A stretch of DNA of 63,977 nt, filler included, from Trypethelium eluteriae (lineage: Eukaryota): the NCBI GenBank assembly GCA_051942245.1. It is 3 parts of 3 records of this genome, joined end to end, with 100 filler letters (N's around TTAATTAATTAA, not from the genome) between each part and the next. Parts side by side here need not be neighbours in the genome. Positions count along the whole stretch, not along the records: positions 43,560 to 63,977 come from JAVECL010000497.1; 2 more parts are not named here. One strand, 5' to 3'. Below are positions 55,357 to 63,977 of this stretch, piece after piece; the first letter of the stretch is position 1, and every line of letters starts with the position of its first letter. The notes below the pieces were generated by a model, which made no database searches, was not told the DNA's origin, and saw only the letters and a program-made list of their open reading frames with translations. Both the position numbers and the translations under genes were made by a program.

Positions 55357-57998
55357 ATGGCCTTCCTGAACAGAGGTTCACCTATCTCACCCCCGCAAAT
55401 ATCACGCCGTCCATCAACGGCCTCGGCTCATAACGAACTGGACTATAGCATGAGTTCCTCGTCCACCGGGTCCAACCCACACGTCCGTCCTGCAATACAA
55501 GACGACTCTCCGCAGTCCCCAGCCCCGCATAATGGCTTCGGCTTCAAATTCCGTTCTCGAAGCAATACAAAAGATTCGATGACCTCAATGTTCTTTCCAC
55601 CCTTAGTCAGTACGCCATCATCCTCAGGCTCCGATCTTGCAAGCCACTATGCCGGAGACATAGACGGTCAGCCAAGCAAGCCCAGATTAATGTTCCCGCG
55701 AGGTCGAAAGGCAAAGCGTCACAGCTCGAAGCTGAGCTTTGGGTCAGTTCTTGACGGAATGGGGGAAATGGTACAGCCACGCCCGTCGTCCACGAGAGGT
55801 TCCTCAAACCGGAACTCTATACAGCATGGTAAGTCTTCCGACAGCATATCTCAGAGTCCATCTTCTCCTTGAAAGTGCGCTATACCACCTTCATACTGAC
55901 TGGTCTACAAGAGGGCGTCCGCAAAGAGCATATTTCTTCCCCGTTCAACTTTCAACATCTGACTCACACTCGTCCCCACCATCTTCCTTCATTGGATCAA
56001 GCAAGTCAACAGGATTTGGCGAACGAATTCCGTACAGTCCGAGCCTCACAAGCTCCACATCGGGAACTCTTTGGTATCAAGGCAAATGACATCCATGCCG
56101 ACCTTCCTTCACCGCCTCCAGCTCCTTCATCGGATGCATCGCCCACGACTGCCGGCTCGCTAGATTCCTTCGAAGTTCCGTTACTGTCCGCACCACTACC
56201 TGGCAACTCACAAGCAGGAACAGAGAAGAGTGCCTCACATCGACCGCAGGTTATCAAAAAGGCGAGGTCTGTAGAGAGCTTCTCTCAACCTTTTGTCAAG
56301 CCACGATCTCCCAAATCAACTACTGATGCCCCTGATTCCTCTCGGCCCCCTATAAATCCTCCTCCAAGAACGTCTTCGAAATCAGCTCATTGCCGCACAT
56401 TTGAGTTGACTCGACCTCCTATGGAATCACCAGTAGCACCCACTTTTAGTCTCCCTGATCGCAGGCTCATCGCCAGTACAAGTTGTGCCGATGATGCCAG
56501 CCATGCTCACGAAACTGATGGGGCTAACGAAGGTTGGCCTATTGTTGCCTCTACCGCATTCACTTCAGAGGAATCATCACAGCGCAGCAATCCAGTGGTG
56601 ACACCTGGCTACTCCACTGACCTTGAAGATGTGCCCGAGGAAGCGGAAAATTATTTCCAATACCGACCGTCAAGACGAACAAGGGCCGCCTCTAACTCTA
56701 GCTCGCTTCGTCATTCTCACTCCTTCCCAGACATGGGGTTGTTCGTGGCCAGGTCAGGTTCCAGAGGGTCTAGCAAGGCGAAATTCCGACCCTCCAAAAC
56801 CATCGGGTCAGACGAGGCTCTGGATTCGCCATTGCATTCACTGCGGAGCAGCCCAGCTTCATCCAATCCTCGACAGCATGATCCTTTTACGGTGGTCAGC
56901 GAAAGCCTGGATAGTTCATGGGAAGATGTCATTGACTATTGTTATGACCATGCTGCTGAGGCTGACTGCGAGTTTGATTGGGATCGAGCTTCTACCGTTG
57001 AGGCAGTCGAAGTTGACGATGGTCTATGGATGCCCAAACGTACCCTTTCAATTAGACGAAGGCCATCGGAAAGGAGGTCTGCCAGCGCACTGGCAACACG
57101 ATCCTCTTCGAGTACAACACCTCCTCGTGTCAAGACAAATGTAGATCGTCCTCAGATCATTGTGCCTGATATCTCGACCGTACCCGAGCTAGCTTCCAAG
57201 TCCGCAACATCACTTGGTACCGCCAGTAGCATACCCACACCATCCGACAATCGAGGCGCCCCTCAGTCATTCCGATTACCCTCACCGTATGGAGAACCGA
57301 ACGGCCTTGACGACGAGCGGCTAGTCCCAACACCTACCGCATTCCTCTCCAAGCCACACCTCTATGAAGAAGGCCTCATCTGTGACATTCCCTTTGACCA
57401 CGAAACGGGCATCTATCGACCTCGATTCAACGAAGCAACCGACAACCGCTACAGCGGCCCCGAATCCATCCGTAGTCATCTAAGCAAGTGCAGCTCTGAA
57501 GAGAGCTTCGTCCGTCCTGCTGCACCGACACGCATGTCTATAAGTTCCATCAGTAGCCTTCCCGACCTCGTTTACAGCCGTCGGTCTACGCGCTTTCACA
57601 TCCCCAACAGGAGCGTCATCGAAGAGCGAAGTCCCATCATTTCACCTGTCGACAGCAACGCGTCGTCCTCAAGCACAGATGCGGAGCCTTCCATCCCACC
57701 ACGTGGGCGTAACTCCCTCGAAGATAGCCGATCAGCGAGACTATCACAGTCCGTTGCGCCTCACAACATGCGTGCCCCATCGCCATCCACTTTAAGGGGT
57801 GTGTCCAAGCGTGCGTCGAGCGCCACAAGGCGGGAGACCCCCACGCCCACTCCACCCCATGGCGAGGTTCCGCGGCAGCTGCTGCAGATCGACCCGGGGA
57901 CACGGGATCTGTTGCAGATTGGACGGCCGCGCAAAGGCGACGCCCCTTTGAGTCTGTTCCCGCCCACGCGTGGGACGAGGGAGGTAGCGCCCCATTAG
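55357..57998 (+). CDS. CRIB/PBD (Cdc42/Rac-binding) motif protein, largely Ser/Pro-rich and disordered
   Basis: ISSPFNFQHLTH CRIB motif just after intron 55829-55911, plus a SWEDVIDYCYDHAAEADCEFDW block. Start codon uncertain. Confidence 0.8.
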
Positions 57999-59349
57999 CG
58001 TGCTTACCGGCCGAACTCTCTCTAACCAAAAGTTTTTTTCATTCCACTATTGTACCCCAATTTCTTAGATGTTATCTTCAACGGCTTTCGGAGCTGCCAT
58101 ACGGGTCCCCGGTCTTTCCTTTGTTCTAAATTTATAGACGAGCACGCGGGCGCGTTGTGCCGAGGGCGCCGTGTACCAATAGTGTCTTGTTGATACCACC
58201 AGGATGGATTGATGTTTGTACGAGGGACGGTTCTCTTCATCTTCTTTGGGGCGGGCAATAAAGGCTAATAGGCATGTTTCTCTAGGACAGAAATATGACC
58301 TTTGGGCTGGAGAGTGGCTCTGGGTTAGGATAAAAGGATCGGTGGCGGGTGGGTCCTTGGTTTGGTCTTCTTGGGATATCCAGAGGGAGATCTAGTCTAT
58401 GTACCTATCCTCCGAATCCAATAAGCGAATTACTTGAAACCAAGCAAGAGATCAGAGACAGTGCTATTAATATCATCTTTGGCCCCATATAGATAAAGAT
58501 AATTAGTTGTTGGGTATGCATTATACTGTTCTCAGCGAGGGCGGGACGATTCAGGTGGAACGGTGCGGATGCCCAAGACGTCACGTGAATCAATCTTCAC
58601 GTGAGGTACCAGGCGACGGGGCGCCCCCTGCAAACCTCCTATTATCGTCCCTATGGACGTTCACTCTGAAGACTCGGACCCGATGAACATATGAAGAATT
58701 ATTAACGGAAGTTTTCAGGCGCATTCCTACCTTGTAGAGATTATGTTCTGCGCTTAGCTCAATGAGGCCGAAATACCAAGCGCAGTGGCAGTGCCGTCTC
58801 TTGAATACCAAGAAGTCTATGCGCAGTCGCATACTTTGCAACTCTTTGTCGATAAGCCTCCTCGAAACTTCTTGATTTCCCCAAAGCAGAAAGACAACGG
58901 CTGCTTGATTTGAAATGATAGCCTTGTCTGCCTGCAGTTAAGCATGCTTGGCAGAACGAGGCTGGCCTTACTCTGTAGCACTGCCACAATGTGCGAACAA
59001 GCACATGTGCCCGCTGATAGTTCCACTATCTCACGCACCTTTTCTGCCATCATCATTGAGGTAGACGGCTTTTGGTAAAACTATTTATTGCTTCTACCGA
59101 ATCGTTTCACTACAATATCACCTGCTTGAAACTCATTGATTGTGTATTATCGTGGCAGGAGCTGCGCCATACACCCTAGTCTGATCGTGTCATTCCTGCA
59201 CCAAAGATTCCGCCTTTGACTTGAAGAATATGCCACAGTTAGAACATCATCAGTGTATTGAGATAGGATACCAGGAGGACGGACGACTATTACCGCTCAA
59301 AACGGCATTACGCATTGTGTAAAACATATATCTCCTATCCCATGATTAA

Positions 59350-60729
59350 GGCTGAATGTCGACAGTTCTCCAACCTGGGATAATAGCGTATCTAAACTCC
59401 CTTCACCACCATCCCTTAGGAAAGACGACATCGAACGGAATGTCGGTCCAATTAAAGACTTTGAGGCTGTATGGCAAAGCGGGGCAGGCTCTGCGACTTT
59501 TCTTGAGAGCCCATCGAGTTTGTGTGACTAAATTCTTGTGAAAATTATCCACTAACGCGTTTAGGGCTCCTCTTTCAGACCCCCAAGGACAGCGGGGGGT
59601 TTTTTTCGGTGTCAATCCGCGCTCCTTCACAAAACGATAGTGGAAGAACATTCACAGGTATACTTCTCTCTCCGAGCCAGGATACTACAGCTGCGATAGT
59701 CAGCGTACTCGAAGAAGGTGTGTCGTATGAGTTTCACGAGACAGAGCTCCCGATGGTTTTCATTGCACTGACATTCATGGAACACCACGTTGACCAATCC
59801 CGTAGCGATCTCATGAATCTAATGCAAGAAGTCGACGAGATCGAGAGATGGGTTACTGACGACTCTCGACATTCTGATCTTGGTGAAATTGTGCATAGAA
59901 TTAACTCATCCAGTACTGCTCTCATCAGGCTTGAAAGAAGGTGGCATTTTGAAAGCAACGCCCTTCTTACAATACAAGATATTATCGATAAGTACAAGAC
60001 TATGAAGCTCAATAAGACATTAGAGATCAAAGATTTTCACATTGAGAATGGCAGCAATGTGACTGTGGATCTCCTGGAAAATACCCCACTGAAGCTGAGC
60101 CAAGTCTTAATAAGGGATGAAGGTTTTATGCATATTCGGGCCAACTCAACGAGAGAAGGGCTCACCGGCCATCAACTTGAGGCAAGTACGGCATTCATTG
60201 CATTGAACAGCCAATCGGTCTCGTTGAGGCGGCGGAGTCGTGCCTCAGAATATGACCTCCGCGTGCTTCCAAGACGGATCGAGAACCAATTCGCCGCCGT
60301 ATGTTCTCTGCTGCTCTGTGCGTGTATTGCTATTTATCTTGGACATCTAGGTCAACAACTTGATTGCTCACCGTGATACGAAAGCTACCATCGATCTTAC
60401 GGCAGCTACGCTCCGCGACAGCTCATCAATGAAGACAATAGCTGCTATGACGCTTATATTTCTTCCGGCGACGTTTGTTTCGGTACGTTAGCGCTGTTTA
60501 GGAGCAACTCCCTCCAAAGCACACAAAGCCGATTTCTGACGAAGGGCTATTTCAGTCATTTTTCAGCATGTCATTCTTTGACTGGAAGGCAACTCCAGGC
60601 AGCCAGGTCATGGAACCCTTGTGGATATACTTCACCGTAGTCATACCACTGACCACCATCGTCATTCTAGCCTGGAGGCTATGGAGTAAAAGAAACAGGA
60701 GACAAGTGAATGGCCTCAGTCCCGTCTAG
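59350..60729 (+). CDS. Fungal CorA-like domain membrane protein; start unresolved
   Basis: C-terminal RDSSSMKTIAAMTLIFLPATFVS / IFSMSFFDW..WIYFTVVIPLTTIVILAW two-TM signature, preceded by a helical region. Introns near 60299-60350 and 60483-60555. Confidence 0.7.
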
Positions 60730-61229
60730 AGGAGACGTATATAAGTCTCAGACTCAGACTGTGCTTATGTGGGTAAGCTTTTAGATGGCGATTCTTTTGC
60801 TAGCATCCCTTACCATAAAGCGAAAAGGCTTATATCTACAGGAGTGAATTGACATGCGGGAAAAAAGCAAAAGCGCCAGAGGTGATCAGACGAGCCAAAA
60901 CCGTTACAACAGGATCCCCGAAGACAATTGCTCTAAAGGCCAATCGAGACTTGCGACAATAGAAGGGGACCCTGTAACCTTGAGCAGGACTTGAGATGCA
61001 ATCGGGCTGCTCCAATTGCATAACTCAGGCCTACATAAACTGGATATTGCGGTGCATGATGGAATCATCCAATCTTCACAAAGTCATTCCGTAAATTCAA
61101 TGAGTTGCCGAAGCATTTCAGAGTCTATTTCTAGCCAAAGGGCAACGTCTACGCCTCAACCGAAAACATTACTTTCCTCACAAACATTTTTCCTCGCCTC
61201 TCGTCGTTCCTTTCTGCACGCTGTTCGAT

Positions 61230-61604
61230 TCACCGGAAAGCGCTGAACTGATAACTGCCAAAGGTGGCGCCGTTCGGCTGCGCAGAGACACATTGCCCAT
61301 TTGCAATCGGATACTGGGCGTTCGGGCTCTCATTCTCGACGGTGACCTCGAATCCCCCGCATGGAGAGCTGCAATCCGAAGACGTGTAGGCTGTGCCCGC
61401 GAGGTCGGCAGACACGAAGTCAGAGAGGTGGAAGCTAACGGACTGTGGGAGGGGGGATGGTAATTGATGGCAGACAAGGTTGTCGGTGACTTGGGCGGTG
61501 GTTATGACGTCTGAGCAGAAGGTATCGGAGTAGAAGGTTACGTTGGAAGCCGAGGCGATGCCCACGAGGAGCGTTGATAAGAGGACGGAACGTGATGAGA
61601 ACAT
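61230..61604 (-). CDS. Small secreted Cys-containing protein (124 aa), effector-like
   Basis: Signal-peptide-like MFSSRSVLLSTLLVGIASA, 5 Cys, intronless. TATATA-like element about 145 nt upstream. Confidence 0.75.
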   Translation of the reverse strand: MFSSRSVLLSTLLVGIASASNVTFYSDTFCSDVITTAQVTDNLVCHQLPSPLPQSVSFHLSDFVSADLAGTAYTSSDCSSPCGGFEVTVENESPNAQYPIANGQCVSAQPNGATFGSYQFSAFR

Positions 61605-63502
61605 TTTGAAACCGTGGTGCTAAAAAAAAGTGGCAAGATAGAAAACGGATTTTGTACGGCCTGTGGCGAGCAGAGGAAATGATTAAACCTGATGAATGAT
61701 AGAATGACGGAGTGATAGGGACGGAATCTGGTCTAAGAGAGGGGGCTATATATGCCTTCTCACGCCCATTAGCGTCTGAAAGATCTGATCTGACTTCGTT
61801 TACTCGTTCCGTGAATATCGTATTGACGCACGAAGTTTTATCCTACTCAGGAAAGTATCAATCCCTGCCGTGTGTCCGTGTTGAACCGTGGCGGTGCCAT
61901 GGTTTTATTTCCAGAATCCTTCCAGCGCATGCAACCAATCAGGTCTGATGTGCTTCTACAACTATAGAGACGGACTATTGGCTCAATGCAACGTCGTTAA
62001 AGGATCGACCGGGGACTGCGGCCATCGCATGAATAATGACCTTGAAGCTAACCCAAATCGAAGGCGCCGAGAGAAATTTTATCGTTTGTTGAGCACAGTA
62101 TAAGTAAAGACTAAGTCAGCTTACCACCTTACAGTAGGGAAAATCTCCGAGATGGTTCCGATCATGACGTAAGTACACTCTCTACGTTCTAATGGTGTTC
62201 TATTCCGGGATAAAACCCGACTTCGCTTTTGGCAATTCGGCGACCGAATGGTTAACCTCAGTTCACATATATGGTAAGCCTCGCTGAATGATGCTGACCA
62301 AGGTATATGGAAGCGAGGACTGTAATCAAGGAAATTTTTTTTTTTTGCATAAGATTTTCAGCTCTGACCCGTTTTGGTAGAGTTTGTCGTTCTAGCAAGC
62401 GCCCTTGCCTGTTCTGATGGTCTTTTTTTTGCTTGTCATGCCGTCGTATATACATGGTTTCTTGTATTACCCGCGATCGTATTCCATACCTTCATGGATG
62501 TCGTATCTCCTCAACGTAGTTGGCCAGGAGCTGAGTGGGCCTTCAATGCTATTCAGCTTAAGACGGCCCCTCGTCGGGTTTGAGTGACCATCGTGCCATT
62601 CCAGCGGTGATCTGGTGAAAGTACCGCAGGTGGTGGTGATCAACAGGGGCTCATGAATACACGCAAAAGACGTATCTATGATCGTAATCCAGGGCATCAT
62701 TCTCACTTTTGACCAAGACTGTAAGTCCTCCACTTCAGAATCCGACAATCGAACACCGACATGCGCTTGGAAGCAAAAGGCAAAATCTTCAGAGATAAGC
62801 AACAAGAGTTCCACATGTCGACTCGAGTAGTCAGCTGGGAAATCGATGAAGCGGTCTGGAAATGCCGCCGGGTGGAAATGTGTTAATGTAAGCAGCACCT
62901 ACATCCATCTGCGGTAGCCAATAGAGTTCTCCAAGACTCGGGGTACATCGTTAAGAGTCAACTCACCGAATGCTGGACGCGGGTGGTGATGCAGTAATCA
63001 ACATAAGGATTCCCCAAAAGTAAACATTCGAGATAACTTTAGGAGGCTTAGGCTATGGAAGGAGTGGCAACTTCTCTTGTACCTTCTACAAACTCTGCTC
63101 TTCACCTCTTCACAAACATGTATCGTGCATGCGAGCTGTGGCTAGCGTAGAGGATGTGTTTGAAAATATCCAAATAATAGACCTGGACGGTCCCGTGGAT
63201 GCCGATGCCTCTGACATGTCGAAAGGGAAGGAGACGAGAGGAACAAGGCGTTCGCTGACCTGCTTGAAGGGGCCGAATGAAAGAAGATCAGGTCTGTTTA
63301 ACATCTTTGATCTATTTATCATTTGTATTTATCATAGGTCCAAGTACCCGCTGACCTGAGCTCTAGAAGCACATCTCGAAAAATGGAAACGGCTTTCTGT
63401 CTGGGGTATTAGTAATCATCACATCAAGTCGAACCCCAAAGCTTATCCGCGCCCTCAGAGCACCACGGCTCCTCAGCGCGGTAGAGGACGCACGGCACCT
63501 CT

Positions 63503-63977
63503 TTACCTTTCTGCCTCCCGTCCCTCTTCTCTAGCGAGGGCCCTCGTCCACGCTCCCTCCCACCCACTCGCCAGCGACTCGCCGGTGCCCGGCCTGCCCT
63601 CCCCTTCAAACACGGCACTCACCCGCTTCGAATCCCCCCACAGCGAACTCACCCGCTTGCTTTCCTGCGCCGCCGCCGTCGAGCTCCCAGCCTCGAGCTC
63701 CTCCTCCTGCTCCGCCGCCGCCTCCCACTCGAAGTTCGAGCTGTACACCACCGCCGCAAATGCCTCGAGATCGCGCACCGTGTCCATGGCCACGAGGTAC
63801 TCGTTTCCAGGGCCCGGCGCGGTCGGAGCTGCAGCAGTGTCGTCGTCTGGGTCGCCGTCGCCGTCGCCGGCGCCGATGGCGTGGGCTTGTTTGCAGAAGA
63901 CGGCGAGAAGACTGGCGAGTTTGGCTTTGGGTGGGGTGTCTGGGAGTTCTTCGATGCGTGGGGCGGCGGTGGAGGGG
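63503..63977 (-). CDS. 3' end of a gene extending beyond the window; hypothetical protein
   Basis: GC-rich frame open from the window end: ..KAKLASLLAVFCKQAHAIG..GNEYLVAMDTVRDLEAFAAVVYSSNFEWE..WEGAWTRAL. Confidence 0.65.
   Translation of the reverse strand, partial: PSTAAPRIEELPDTPPKAKLASLLAVFCKQAHAIGAGDGDGDPDDDTAAAPTAPGPGNEYLVAMDTVRDLEAFAAVVYSSNFEWEAAAEQEEELEAGSSTAAAQESKRVSSLWGDSKRVSAVFEGEGRPGTGESLASGWEGAWTRALAREEGREAER

Noticed and set aside
62467..63322. Minus-strand ORFs of 143 and 70 aa
   Set aside because: No family motif and no convincing spliced model; a relic cannot be excluded but is unsupported.

Overview
Genomic DNA from a filamentous ascomycete (Pezizomycotina). Evidence: short GT-AG introns with CTRAY branch points and fungal housekeeping orthologues. 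Three contigs are joined by artificial 100-nt linkers (44 N + TTAATTAATTAA + 44 N) at 21685-21784 and 43460-43559, so adjacency across these points is unproven. Contig 1 (1-21684): an MFS/ACS transporter, UPS2, an SCP2-type thiolase, and an apparently intact stand-alone highly reducing PKS (KS-AT-DH-cMT-ER-KR-ACP). The PKS is followed by a decayed zone containing an amidase pseudogene with four in-frame stops and a strong C->T/G->A bias. Contig 2 (21785-43459): a conserved hypothetical gene, a second MFS, SNF1, an isochorismatase-like/AlkB-like/GST-C fusion, a SRAP/HMCES protein, MGR3, MIM2, SUI3 (eIF2-beta), AIM24 and IEC3. Contig 3 (43560-63977): an M35-like HEXXH+D metalloprotease, PGS1, NDUFA12, SEC12, a CRIB-domain protein, a CorA-like membrane protein, a small secreted Cys-containing protein and a partial gene. 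No rRNA, tRNA, CRISPR array or intact transposon was recognised. All gene calls come from motif recognition and manual splicing; no database search was run.
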